Positions 41,334 to 55,400 of a stretch of DNA of 64,000 nt are shown here, one piece after another. Each line of letters begins with the position of its first letter. The stretch's first letter is position 1. Location of the stretch: the NCBI RefSeq assembly GCF_009914755.1, contig NC_060934.1; one strand, 5' to 3'. Source of the DNA: the human T2T-CHM13v2.0 reference genome, Homo sapiens. Position numbers and translations under genes: made by a program. The notes under the pieces were generated by a model, which was not told where the DNA came from, did no database searches, and saw only the letters and a list, made by a program, of their open reading frames with translations.

Positions 41334-44300
41334 CGGACCCACCCTCCTCCAGTGTGACTTCACCTTAACCAATTGCCTCTGCAATAACCCTATTTCCAAG
41401 TAAGATCACATTCTGAGATTCTGGGAAAGATGTGAATTTGGGGGAGGACACTCTTCAACCCAGGGCAGTTTTCTAAAAGAGCACCCCTTAATCTATTTTT
41501 CACACTGACTATTTTTTATGGGTCTCAGTTTTCTCCCCCATCCCTATTCCCTTGGAGAGAGGTCAAGGGCCTATGTACACTATGATAGCTGCTTTGCAGA
41601 GAGCACGTGGTTGGGAGGCACTGCTTGTGTCTCAGTGCAGGCTGGGAGCACCAGTCAAAGAAGCAAGAAGCTCTAGGTGCTCCACAATGACCCATGCCTT
41701 ACACACCAGCTTGGGAGGGCCCCACGCAGCTTTCTCCAGGTCTGTCCACCAGCAAGCCAAGGGGGCAGCTGCAGGACTTTGTGATGTTTGCTGTCTCCAC
41801 TTCTTATCCGTCACTGATTTAAATTTGTCCTGAGCTGTTTTCCAGGAAATGGAGTGAGAGATTGCACAAGTCCTTTGATCCCTCCCCATCTTCTCAAGGA
41901 TGGCAGGGAAATGTCCCTGGTTCCTCTTTACTGGGGAAAACAAGAGCTTGGTTGGTCCTCGATCCTGGCAACATGTTGGGATCACCCTGAGGGATCTTGA
42001 CTGAATTGGTCCAGATGCACCCTAGGCACTGGGATATTTAAAAGGTCCCTACGTAATTCTAATGTGCAGTTGTGGCTGTGAAGCAGCTGCTGAAGCTGTC
42101 TTCAGTGCTGAGTTGTCAAGTACTAAATGGAATTGTGATAAATTTCGATCATCCACTCCAACTCCCTCAAGAAAGAGACAAGGAAATTGGTGCCCAGAAC
42201 ACCCAAGATCACCCGAGATCACCAAGCAGAGAACCCTGGGCTGGCACTTCCATTGGCTACAGGCTTCTCCCAGAGTTTTCATTTCCTTTCTGCAAATTAA
42301 AGCATTTCACGGTGTTGGTCCATCCCACTGATCTGCCTTTTCATGATGTCTGCAGGCTTTTATTGACCTAGTATTTCCTGACCCAGGTACCTATTTCATC
42401 TACACTTGAAAATGTGCTGCAACCTCCTTATCATTTTGATGTCTAATCTAATTGGCCTCACATGGAGAAAAATTCTGTCCCACAACCACACAAACCAAGC
42501 CCCAGCCAGCCTTCAGCCTGTGCCATCTCTCATCACCAGGAGGCCCAGGAGAGAACATGCACAAGTTCTCAGGCAGTTCTCCCACTCCACAAACCTGACT
42601 GTGAAAAGCCTACATCCTCCCCAGGACATTCAGGGGCAATCTTCACAAGTTAAGGACTCCACTTGCTAACATTTACAGCCATAAGCTGTCTCATTTGCCC
42701 AGCAGCCTTTCCACTTGTCTACTTTACCTTTGCAGACTGAACAGTTTGGTTTGCAACCATAAGGATTACAACCTGTTGCTTTATGTCCTTTATGATGGTT
42801 TCATCTTGGAAAGTGAGGAAATGGGAAGAATAATTAAATGGGTTGATGTTCAGTTCACTGAAGATGAGAAAGTTAAGGGCCAGTGCTTTTTTGTTGTTGT
42901 TTGTTTGTTTTGTTTTGTTTTTTTAATTTAGAAATAAAAGATGCCTTTGTGTCCCTGCAAAATATCAGCTCAAGAAATATCTTTATAATAAGACAATTCC
43001 ACAAAGTGTATTTTTTCTTATATCTATTATGGCTTCTTTATTTTTTGGGCCTTTTCGATTGCCCTCTTGTTGTTGTTGTTGCTTTTAAATCAGATTCTCT
43101 CTCCATTCTCTTCACCCCCGACTCTGCCCAACCCTCTCTCTCCCCTCTGTCCAGGAAGCGCATGTATTCCTTGAAGGATAATGACTCTTAAAAGTTATGT
43201 TTTCCTATGAGTGAATTTCATGCAATTTATTACCATGTCTTTAAGGGTGATTTTAAAAAGCTGTGCTTTTGCTTTAGTGGCCAAAGGAGTTTCATGGAGA
43301 TCTTTGGTTGCAAATCACTCACATAAAGTAATAAAAGCACCATCTAAGTGTTTACCCACTGGGGGTGCAACAGTCCTCCGTTTTAGAAGGCCTGGGGCAC
43401 CCGGGGTGCTGGGACCTGCCTGTTGGGATAGGAGGAGTTAATTAAATTACTTTATATTTAGTGTTAATTTGGTCCTAGGCTTGTCAGGTAATAGACAACA
43501 AGCCCGGACTTGACTGGGAGCAGCAGCTTGGGCATGAGCAGCTTCTCCTGAGTATTTCTATTGTCAGATTAATTGAGTTGACATCTTGGTTGCAATTAGT
43601 TACAAAAGTGGTTCCAATATTATTTCAACAGGTGTCAACTTGGGGGCTGTGGTCAGAATCACATGACCTGTTAAATGAAGATGGTAGGGCTCGGCTCAGG
43701 TCAGCCATTCAGGTGTTGATAGGCCCGTGTCTTGTCAAGCTTTAGGAAGGGAAAGGAGGTTTGGGGATGTTTCTAAAGAACCATCACTTGCAAGAGAATT
43801 CAAGACTTAACTATGTTAAGATGCCAATTTGGCATGTACTTTCACTGGGTCCAGCTTGGTGTAGAAAGTATTTTGTTGATATAAGAGTATTGGGAAATTC
43901 TTCCTGTATTGGTAGTGACCACTTTTGATTATGGATTAAAATTTGCAACACTAATGCAAATCTGAATTTTTCAGAAAGTAGGTTGTGAGAAGTCCAAAAC
44001 AGTGTGAAATTATATTTCCCAGAAATATTATAGCCCCAATCCATACAGACATTTAGGACTGTAATTCCCCAGGTAAGGAAGGTGTTCAGACGGCCCAGGT
44101 GCAATGACTACATGGACTTGGACTCAATATTATTTCCCACCTTCACCCCCAAGCCCTGAAAAGCACTTTCACATCATTACTCAGATGAGAAAGACATTCA
44201 AGGCTTTTCCCTCCTTGTTTTAGAGAGCTCAACAGAAGGCACAATCTAATGAAAGTACTTTATCAAGCCACTTCCTTATGGACCTGGTACTCTGTCTACA

Positions 44301-44463
44301 CTCTTTTGCCCACTAAAAGAGATCTTTAGTGGATCTTTAGCGGTTGCCAAGCCTCAGCCACTCCGGAGGGTCACCCAGTGCTCTGGAAGAACATCGGCCA
44401 TTTAAAGATATCACTGAACCAAACAATACAACCTCCTGATCAGTGAGAAAAGGAACAGGTAGT

Positions 44464-44759
44464 CCTCCGCCCTTTGGAAATTCAACGTGAACTTACTATT
44501 TTCACACACTGTTTGGTATGGTTTCCACATGTTAATTGTCCAACTAGAAAGCACCTGAACAAAGATCCTTTTTCCTCCTGATCATCCAAAACTGGTGCCA
44601 GTTCTCTGAATATGTACAAAAAAAAGCATGTTGCCTATTACTTGATAAGACTAGGACAGAATTAACATAAAATACAATGAAGTTAACGCTTCCTATATCA
44701 CAGGTCAAGCAAATCTATGATGCCAGTGGTTGAATACCTTAGTAGAGAAAAATCTTGAA
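44464..44759. repeat. Diverged direct duplication, copy 1
   Basis: Aligns to 45444-45759; first 80 nt are 76/80 identical. Confidence 0.92.
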
Positions 44760-45443
44760 TAATCAACCGGAGGTTCAGGAGACAGCTGGGTATTTGAGAG
44801 CCTATGAGTCACATAAGCAACCTTGGAGCCAAGTTGTATTCTCTGTTTGGCCTCAGAGCCAGTCTCGAGCACATGCAGCCAGACTGCCGGCAGAGAAGAT
44901 GTGGAGCTGGCATTCTGGCTTAGGCCTGAGCAAGGTCGTGGAAGCCCCAGGTTCCTGACCATGGCCCGCACAGAGCCATGCTCCAGCCCTGGGTCTCAGC
45001 AGGCAGCCAGGTGAGGCCGTGGTGAGTAAATTACTGTCCAGCCCCCGCTCCCCACGGATGTGTCAGCCATCAAATCCACCAACGAGCCAACAATTATGGT
45101 CGAACACCTGGCTTCGCTATAACGTTACATACCTGCCACAAGCACTTCGGACACATAAAATCACATGTTGGGTGGAGGATGGAAAACCAGCTGATATATC
45201 TATTCATCATAGCAAGATAGGGCGGAGTCAGGACACAGTCCCTAACATTTGGAAGAGCTAAATTCAGGCCCAGGTTTTCAAAAACAAAATGCCATTAAAC
45301 ACAAAAGACTGAAGGGTGATGGGGCCCCATCAGGAAATGATTCACAAAACTTCATTTCTGATAATTACTTGGAGACTGAAATATAATGATCCCATTTATT
45401 CCATCAGCAAGAGTTGTCACGGTCTTGCTACAAGAAGAATGAG

Positions 45444-45759
45444 CCTCCGCCCTTTGGAAATTCAACGTGAACTTACCATTTTCACATTCTGTTTGGTATA
45501 GTTTCCACATGTTAATTGTCCAATAAATAACTTTCTGAACAAAGATTGTTTCCCTCCCAAGCACCGAAGCTAGTGTCAGGTCTCTGACTATGTGCAAATC
45601 AAACAAGACAAATGCTTGTTGTCTATTACCTGATAAGCCTCAGATAAAATTAATATAAAAAATAATGAGGCTGTTCTACTCTTCCTGTCTCATAGATCAA
45701 ATAACTCTATGATGGAAATAGGATCAGCGCAGAGTGCATTGGTAGAGAAAAATCTTGAA
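45444..45759. repeat. Diverged direct duplication, copy 2
   Basis: Aligns to 44464-44759; shared end gtagagaaaaatcttgaa. Confidence 0.92.
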
Positions 45760-47159
45760 GTAATAATGTATGTCTTCCTACATGATATTAATGGCTAATG
45801 CCTTTGGAATTAACATCATCTCATATGTAACATGCATATTATTTATATATAATTAACACATTTATATTATAAACATGATATCCCTGTATATGCTGCATAC
45901 GGAGATAATGAAATATTAACATTGTATTCTTAAATATTCTGAAGTCAGATCTTTATAACTAAATTTTTCTGGCTTTTTATTATTTACAAAATTTATTGTT
46001 TGGGTAAGATTTTAATTCTTTTTAATATTCCATTGTACACCATTGACTCCCTAGCCCATTTGGAATTAATAAGAAAACAAATGAGTGAGTGGGTGAGTGA
46101 ATGAATGAACAATAGGCGCTTCCCACCGTTGGTTTCTCTCCTTAGAGTGGCAAGTCTCAATCTTGAGGAGCCTTTTATAGCTGAGCCCACACCCCACGTA
46201 GGCCTCCTTCCACCTCCGCTTTCTAAGTGGATCTGTAGACATTTTCCAAGAGCAGAATATGGCTTAAAGAAAGCACTATTTGAAAAGTATTTAATGATAT
46301 TCCCTGAAGTTACTTGGCCAAATACGACTGAATCTTTATAACACAGAGGGAAAACAAAATTATTTACTCATTCAGTATTTATTAGTTTGGAAACGGGGAC
46401 ATAGCACCTAGCACACAAAGAGCTGCTGTTTGCTTTACCCCAGTACCTGCCTCGTGAGCCTTCAGAAGACTTGAGAAAGAGACTTACAGTTCCCGAGCTA
46501 ATGTTGACTCTTTGTAGCACAATTCTTTACATTTTAAGGAGCAATTAATTCTGATAATTGATGTTAGTACAACATGGACCTTAAATTATTTATGAAAGAG
46601 TTTTCTGCCTCAAGACAGGCGTCTCTGAAAGTAACCTCGCCCGTTGCTGCCATGCACTGGGGAATTCAAGGAATGAAGGAGACCAGAAGGCGGGTGAAGA
46701 CAGGGACAGCACATGCTAGCCCACTGCCACCCAGGCCTTGTGCATCATCCAGAACTGGAAGTACAGATGCTAGGCAGGCTGGAGATGGAGTTTCAGGCAC
46801 CAGGCTGAGAGTGAGACCCTGGAGCCTGAAAGGGGGCTTCTGGCTGAGAGAGTCTACGGTCATGTGGTTCTGTGGCTTCCCATGCCAAGGGGATGTCCGC
46901 ATGTGCCAAATACCGACTCCACTGGCCATCACTGCACTACTCCTTAGGATTTTCAGTGCTTTAGGATTTGCCTTCCAAAAGGCAAAGACCACTAGTACAG
47001 GTAAGCTTTGAGCTGTTACACTTTGTTTATGAGGTAAAACCTTAGTCCCAGTTAATTGGACACGACTGAGGATTAAGAATGGCACACTGGGGAGGGGAGG
47101 GGAGACAGGCAGTGAAAGGGAAACTGATAGGGAAGGACAAGGGGCCTAGAATGGATTAA

Positions 47160-47345
47160 GCACTTACTATTTATTAGGCATTAGGCATCGTGCTAGTCCC
47201 TTTATATATTTGTTGTTTCTAAGTCCCCATAAGAACATTGAAAGATGGATGTAATTATCCCCATCTATAGATGAAGAAACTGAGGCTAAAGAGGTTGAGT
47301 AACTTGTTGTTGGTCACATTTCTAGGAAATGGCAGTGCTGGCATT
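47160..47345 (-). mobile_element. MIR
   Basis: attatccccatctatagatgaagaaactgaggctaaagaggttgagtaacttg...ggtcaca. Confidence 0.8.
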
Positions 47346-49301
47346 TCCACACAGCATTGCCTGGCTCCATGTGCATGCCTGGCACCATGTGCACGCCTTC
47401 CATGGTGCCATGAGGACACTCCAAAGACAGAGGCGCCTCATGTTTCTGCCTGTGGTCTAGCCTCTCGCTTGGGGGAGCCAGGACTGGGATTGTGGGGACT
47501 GTTGACTGGCTCCGAGGGAGTGTCCAGAGACGGGCTGGGTGTTTCATTTCCTCCCTCAAGTCCCCATTCACCACTCCAAAGCAACCCCATGTAGGTTCAA
47601 CATCAGGAAAAATAGCTTAAGTTTGCCGAGCAAGCACAAACTCCAAGCTCTAAACACGCCTTCTAACTAGACTGCCAACTCTCAGCCCCTCCTTAATGGA
47701 AAACTGGGAGCCTCCTTCAATTTACAAAGTTTTATGTTAATGTCTCTCAGACCAAATGCTCCCTGAGTGTAGGAATTGTGTCTGCTCAACTTTGGGCTGC
47801 ATCTGGTTGACTACACATGCTATGTGACCTGTAATAACTTCTCAACAAATATCAGTGAAATGAATGAAGACAAATCTGTGCCTTCTTCAGTTTCCAACAG
47901 AAAAAGCCTGAATTATTACTTGGGGGCCTTCCAGGGTCCTCCCCTCAAGAGCTCCTTTCTCCAAAGACAGAAATGTCCTTGCATCTCTCAATAGCTTCTA
48001 GGGCATCTGTACATGCCTGAGCCAAGCAAGGCTTCTGACATCCTCAGGACACAGCGAACTGCCATCGCATGCCAAATGTAATGCTCCCCCAGCAAAGAAA
48101 GAAAGAGACAGAGAGAGAAGTATAGGCCCAAAGAGAGATAATGGCAAATGTATTTGTAAAAAAAAAAACAAACTGATTTGGTATGTTCTTGAAGCGTGGT
48201 GAGAGAGTGTCTTTCGTTTTCAAGAAAGGTCTGGGTAAAAGAACTCAGAGGATCCCCAAAGGCCTGGGACTGAAGGGGGGCTGTCCATAATTTATCGCTT
48301 ATCTGACTAAGAGCTGTCTTGGACAGATTGAAGTCATTAGCCGGGCAGGCTTAGGCGGGAGGAACCTCTAAGGTGCCTGGCACAGCGAGCCCGGAAGGAG
48401 CAAGCACCAGCATGGTCAGATCCTAAATCTCTGAAATAAAATTACCAGGGCAGAAAAATTCAGCACATCCAGTCCCGTCCTTCCCTCCCACCTCCTTGGA
48501 GCAACATGTGCCCTTTTTTAAATATGGCACTGATAAAAATCACATCCATTTACTGCAATGTCTCTTCCATAGTCGCAAAAGAAAGGCCTTTATCATCCCC
48601 TGAATTAGATCTGTGATTTTTTTGAATGACGTGTATAATAATTAGACTGTAAAGATGTGCAGTTAATCCATTTAAAGGTGTAAAGAAGTCCATTTAATGA
48701 ACATTATAGTCACATTAGACTTGGAAACATCCAACTCTTTTGTTGAATAAAAAGAAGTTCAATGAGATTAACTTCTCTTAGTTGGTTTTAAAGAATAATC
48801 AAACATGTCTTCTTCTGATAGTGTTCTGCGCCTTCTCGCATGGATTCTGCATACCAATGTCTTGCAGCCCAGAAGGGTAAGAATAAGGCCGCTGGACCTC
48901 ACATTGCAGTTAAATAATTACAAATTAAAGAGGATCACTCCTACTTCCTATGCTCACTATAAAGTGATAAGAGGCTGAACTCCTTGAACTTGTAATTATA
49001 TAACAGAAATGTTAATCTTCTGGTTGGTATTCTCTCCTGCTGCATTAAATGTATTCTTACGATTATCAAGTTTACCACTTGACACATAGATATCCCTACT
49101 GGGATTCCTATTTCTTGATTCTATCAGATTTTGACCACAAATGGGGTAATGGAGTCTGTTTTGAAATCTCACGCTCTTTCGTGTCTCTGTGTGAGGCTTC
49201 CCGTGAAGGCTGCTGAACTAAAACAAGTGCCCAGTATAGATGGTATCTGCTCTGACTTAGAATGGGTTAGAACCCAGATGTCCTGGCTTGCTCCTGGTGC
49301 T

Positions 49302-49415
49302 ACTTAAAACAACCAGAGTTTAAGGCAGATGTGGACAAATTGGGAGTAATCCCGCATGACTTAAAACAACCAGAGTTTAAGGCAGACATGGACACATTTG
49401 GAGTCATCCCACATA
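49302..49415. repeat. 57-bp tandem duplication (2 copies)
   Basis: acttaaaacaaccagagtttaaggcaga... occurs twice, with 7 mismatches. Confidence 0.92.
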
Positions 49416-52400
49416 TGATGGAAAAGAAAATGCTAAATACAAGTTGCTAGACCAGCTGTACCTTGCCGCTGAGAATTCCCATTGTGTTCATGGAGTTTCC
49501 CAAGTCAGCCCTGAGAGGTAGGAACGGTCAGATTCAATCCATTAGTCTCCATCTTCTCCCTCAGATCTCTGACTTTACTACCCTCATTTTAGCTGAGGAA
49601 TATATATTTTAATTTTCCTTATGCGTTTACTCCCTCTCCTGTCTATACTTACAAAGAATTTAAGACCAAGCAAGCAAACAACTTACGGGAATAGATTTCC
49701 TTTTCCAAAAATAAGCAAGGGAAAGAAAGCTTCCATAGTAAGGAAGGGCGAGCCTAGGAAGAGCTGGCGTAAATGTGGAATTAGAGTGTTAGCCTGGGAA
49801 GAGAGTGTCAGCTCTGCATCCTGTCTCTTAGCTTTGTGCCTAATGCCTCCTGCTAACTGGTGACAGTGATGGATGACGATAGAGATTGTCTAAGCCAAAC
49901 TGCTAACCAGTACTGTGTTAGATCTTTTTGTAGTTTAGGAAACAAAGCTGATAAGATCAAGAGGCAACATAATCCTGGCTAATGTAGTGTGATCTGTCTT
50001 GTATAGCATAATTGGGCATTAAGCAGACATCAAACCTTAAACCAGCCATGATATTTGTAGGAGCAGAAAGGAAACTTACTTCAGCTAAAAAGAAGTTTGA
50101 TTTTTAAAATAATAATAATGTGATGTGCCTTCCAGAGGGAGGAGGCTGGCCATGGCAGTGTCTAATCCTGGTCAACTTAGCCTGGAGACGCATTTCATGT
50201 TTGCACTTCTGTCTTGCTCTGGCTCATTAAAATCCTCAGAGATGAACGTCCAAGAAGGATGAAACTGGGAGAACTTGTTCCAAAATTTAACAATTAGATC
50301 ACTGCCTTTTGAAACTCCCAAACATGAGCCCTCAAAAAGGACCAAGAGGACTAATGCCTTGGGCCTTCAAATGCCCTCGGAAAGGAGGTGGAGGAACATT
50401 ATGTTTTGTTTTTGTAGTTATCACTCTTCTTTTTCCTGAGGTTATTTTAGTTATGCGTTCATAGCACATAGACCTTTACTAGGTAAGACCAGCAAGCAAT
50501 GTGTTCATGGTATGCAAGTGAGCTAAAAGGGCAAAAGCGGAGGAAACCTTCCCTGCGATTCTGGAACCGATGTCTGAGCGCAAAAGACAACGTGTTCTTT
50601 CTGATATCTGTCTGGGTTTCTTTGTGTAGAAACTGATTTAGAGGTCAGGGCAGTTCTGGGATATTCATCCTGGCTAAAGTTTGCTAATATCACCAAGTTC
50701 ACAGCTATTCAGTAACTGCTTTTAATCAACTTGAAATTTAAAATTACAGGTCAGTAAGGAATATCTATAAGATCCTTTTAAAAATGCATACACAGTAGAA
50801 TCTATTCATATGCAGAAAATGTGTCAAATGGTTTTATCTCAGACAGCTACTAAGCAACAAGTCTTTTCCCCTCGTCACTGAAAGGATCATTTAAATGTGA
50901 ATACATTTTTGGGTTACGTTATTAAATTTTGTTCAGATTGCACAAATAATTACAATACATGGTTCAGATTGGAAATTGCTCTAGATATTCCTCTATGGGA
51001 TAAAAAACTTATGAAAATTAAACAAATGCAGAAGAAAGTAAAAATAGTTTGTCAATATGCTGTCCCTAACTTGCCCAGAGATAATTATCATTGCCTATAA
51101 ATACATGTTTGAGGTTTGCTTGAATACGTTTTTGTAAAAAAGAGAAAAGTTATTATCTTGAAAGGAACTAAGTAGCGCCTAGAAATCACTATCATGGTCT
51201 GGAGTGAACTAATCACTTTATCCTCATCCCTGAACACATTTATCCACCTCCTAATTCTTCACCTAATTAGAGGGAAATGCAGAGCTGTCCTGGTCAGGGA
51301 GGTAGGGATTAAGGTTAAGAAAACACTTGTATTTGGAACCCCCCACCTCCCCTGGTCAGTGTGAAAGATTCTCAAAGAATCTCCCAGCCTAGCTAATCCA
51401 TGACCCTCAGCGGGGAGGAAGTGTTAACAATTTAGTTTAAAACTCACACTCTCAGACAAATGCATCAAAAACGGCTTTTCTCCTTTGATTTGTAGGTATT
51501 AGTTGTTTTTCCAGGCCCCATTAAGGACTCTTCATCCTGTACTGCAAGGGGCATTAAGCCCTAGCAAGTTAAAGTTGTTCCCAGCTCTGTGTTATTCAAA
51601 GGCAATTTACACTAATTATTTGAGTCCACAGCGTTACCCATATTAGCGGAATGAACCATCTCAGCAGGTAAAAGTACTTTTGAAATGTTAATTTATTACT
51701 AAGGTATAAAAATGTCCTTAAATTAAAATACAGTTTAAAAATTAACAGAAATCTTAAAGAATGGGACTAAGACATTCTGTACTCCTTTTTTATTTGTACC
51801 AGTGCTTTCATAATTACAGTCAAATAGCCATGTATTCGCCATTCTCTGACACTGTGGTTAATAAAAAGATCTCGCCTAGTTTGGTGCACTTTTCTGTCCA
51901 GCTTGCCAGTGGAACGTCCAGCTGCTTTCAGGAGCTGTGTGGTTTTATGCCCCTCAAAATCCGCTCATAGCTGCTGGTTGCAGTTTCTCAGCCACTGACA
52001 TTTTCAAAAGCCTCTTTATGTACTGTTGCTTGTTCCAGAATAGCTCTCTGGTCTAGAAGAAGCAAGGTAGCATCAACAATTTCCCCAGCAGCATTTGTGA
52101 GTCCATCCAGCAACATGTTCATCCTGGGGGCTCTTGGGGAACCCCTCGCACACAAAGTTTTATTATGAAGTCAGAGGCTGTGTCCTGTCTTCTAGGCTCA
52201 GCCTCTGTCCCCTTTTCAAGAAAGTGAGTGGAGGAAGGGTGAGGGAAGGAGGTAATAAGTTAGACTCTGCTATATTGGGAGAGAACCTACTGCTCAGAAA
52301 AGAGCCACCAGCCAGGCGCTGGCCATTACAGGAAGTGCCAACAGCGACCCCTCCTGGTGACCCAAACAAATCTCAGGGTGTAAACCCTACAGCTAGTCAT

Positions 52401-55400
52401 CAATGAAGGCTAGGTTTGTTAACTTCATTCTTTTGTTCATTCTACAGACGTTTATACACAAATGTAAAAGAACAAGCTTTATCCTTCAGCTGCTCCAAAA
52501 ATAAAAGGGTGACAAACTTGTAAAGCAATAACAGAGTTATGAGGAGAGAGTAATAGGGCTGACAGATCCATGTTGTCCAGCAAGTACAGTAAACTGTTTA
52601 CAAAAGTAAAAAAAGGTTTACTAAGCAGAGGGAAAGAGATCCAAAGTTGAAAATGGCAGGTGAAAAGACCCCAGGGCACACAACAGCAGAGCACATTCAG
52701 AGAGCTGGCAGCTGTTTGGAATATCCAGACTGTCCAGGAATACAGGAAAATGAGTGGGAAGGAGCTGGAGCAGCTCTGGGAGGGTGAGCAAGGGCTCTAC
52801 TCAGCTGCCCTGGAAAACACTGTGCGTCTTCCCATAGACTAGAGGTTGTCAAACTGTTTTGATCATGTATCCCCATCCCTAAATGATTTGATCATCCCTG
52901 GTATATGAATAGTCATGATTAAATTGTATACATGTATTGATTTCAAGCTATATATATTAAGTACTAGTCATGCTTCTTTTAATTTCGTACCTTTTCTGAC
53001 CGTTTTGACCAAAATATATTCAGAAAAGTTCTAGTATCTTCTTCTCATCCCAGTGGATTGTTGACAGTGCAAACACCCCAAAGTTGATGGGCCCATGGAA
53101 GCCCAAGTTCTGCCCCAGAGATTCTTCCTGTCCATCTCAGTAAGGCATCTATCTGTGTTTGCACTCCCGCATGCAAGCAAAAGCTTGACCACGTTCCAAG
53201 AGTTCAGACCTAATTAGGTCAGAAACAAGTGAAATGCAATTTCAGCAAGAGCCAAAGCAGTCCCAACTAGTGGGTCAGCAGACATGCCGTCCACGGCCTC
53301 TGTCCACAGGGGAAACTGGTCCTGCATCTTCTAACATCTTCTCCCTCCTCTCTTGAAGTGAATGCATTCATGACCCGAAAGTCAACACCCCTGAGAGTAC
53401 ATACAATAGCTTCTAGAGCCTAGAACACAGCCATAAATAAAATACCAATACCTATAGGTCACATTAATATGTATATAGGTCAATTAATATAAAATGAAAA
53501 GAACAATAAGAACATACATGTCTCAATGAAGCGAGAAGCTAATTTGTACTTGCCAATTGTCTACTAAATTCACTTTTCCATAAGTTCTTTGTGAATTTTC
53601 CCAACACACACGCACACTCTTAACTTTACTACCCAAGGTCTACTGACAATTCTAGAGTGATCAGGAACCCATATTGGATTTCCACAAGATACAGGATAGA
53701 TCCACTCCTGCTAGAAGCCATGAATTAGAGTGACACTTCTCTTTGCAAATTTTGCCCTAGGACTAGAATCTATACTTAGGTCATTGGCAGCAGTGCATTC
53801 TTTGAGATTTTAGAAATGGCTAAGAGAGTCAGGATGCCTCATGCTGCCACAACCCACCCACCCACCCATCCATCCATCCACCCACCTATTCACTCATCCA
53901 TCCATCCAACAAATAGTTACTGTTACCGAATGAATGCCTCCTGTGTGTCAGGCTTCATACACAGAATTTATAGTCACAATTGGATGGGACACATTTTCAT
54001 TTGATATTAAAATGTTACTTGCATGACAGTAGCAGGAGACGGAATCTAAAGTGATTGCAAAAATTAAGTGTACTTCAGATAGAAACCTAATCCTTGATCA
54101 GTGCTCTTTCTACAGCAGGTGTTCAAATGTCTTTTTGAATCAAATTGTCATATTATGTTCATTTCTACTTGGATAATATGGTAAAAATCTTACTTATTTG
54201 GAAATGATTCTAACCCAGATGCTATTTGAGCTAGCTCCCTCTTTTTTTAAAGAAGTGCTTTTTATTTTATAGATCATGTAAATGAATCGTGTATAAATTA
54301 GGAGATGTTGAAAATACTCAGAGAACAAATTGCTCCCAATAGTTTCATAAAATACCTTTGCCTACAAATAATGGATATGAAATCACAAACCAATTGATTT
54401 AATCATGTATCCTAAAGACCTCTGGAGTCACGGCTCAGCTTTAATTATAGAACATCCACGTAAGTAACAATAGTACATTCCCATAAAAAATTTCTATGGT
54501 TCAAAGTATTCGCTAGTTAATCTGGCTGCCCCTTCACCACTACCACCATTTAGTTTGAATTAATGAGGATAGATGCACTAATGAAAGCCAAGAATTTTCT
54601 TCATTCTGATGAGACAATACAGTCATGGGGAGTAGCTCTATAAAATAATTTCCATGGCATATGCTGAGAAGCTGGAAGTGCTAAAAGTGGTGGTGCCTGG
54701 CTCAAGGCTTGTGATCAGAAGGGGGTGAAATTAAGTTAGAACTGAGAATTTTTTACTTTATACAGCACAAAGAAGCAGCCCTCTTTTTTCATATTGAAAG
54801 AAGTATTGAAAAATGTACCATGAAATTAAAGCCCTGAAAATCTCTAAGGAATCTGTCATTATCTTTGAACCAATGCAGAAGTCAAAACTTTGCATATGCA
54901 GGAATCAAAACACATGTACACAAAATATAATGTTTGGTGATAAATATTGTATAGATAGTATGCATCTTGTATGTGCAATGCATATGTGTACACCTTTAAA
55001 ATGATGGCTTTAACTGGTAACCACATAAATTTCCTAAGAAATTGTATAAAATCAGTTTACTTGCTGCTGTAAATGTCTTCAAACTTCACTCAGAGAGAGA
55101 AGCAGCACAGCTCAGTCAAAAGAGCACTAGTCTTGGAGTCCAGAGGCCCAGACCCAGACATGGCTACTCAGGCAAATGCCCAGACCCAGACCACTAACCA
55201 CTTAGGCGAATGCGGGCAATTTGTTTAACCCAGTCAGGCTTCAGTGAGGAAAATAAAGGTTCAATTGGCTTGACTCTCAAGGGTTGTGAGAGCTCTGAAA
55301 TTGTCAATCTCTGTGTAGGAAGCATTTGATGTAGCCATCAGGGGAAAGCTATGTGTGAAAGCAAGTGTTTCCAAAAATAGACATATGAAGGATTGTTTAA

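Larger units (their letters stand above)
40345..41465 (-). mobile_element. MLT1C-like LTR split by nested MLT1B and Alu insertions
   Basis: Collinear pieces catcactccaatctctgccttc / tgtatctcttcttataag / accctatttccaagtaagatcacattctgag...ttcaaccca. Confidence 0.75.

Noticed and set aside
41030-41403. Arg/Glu/Lys/Gly-rich ORFs (also 2497-2682)
   Set aside because: Polypurine microsatellite translations.
46574-47085. Overlapping 145-aa and 139-aa ORFs on opposite strands
   Set aside because: No recognisable domain or splice context; consistent with chance in GC-richer sequence.
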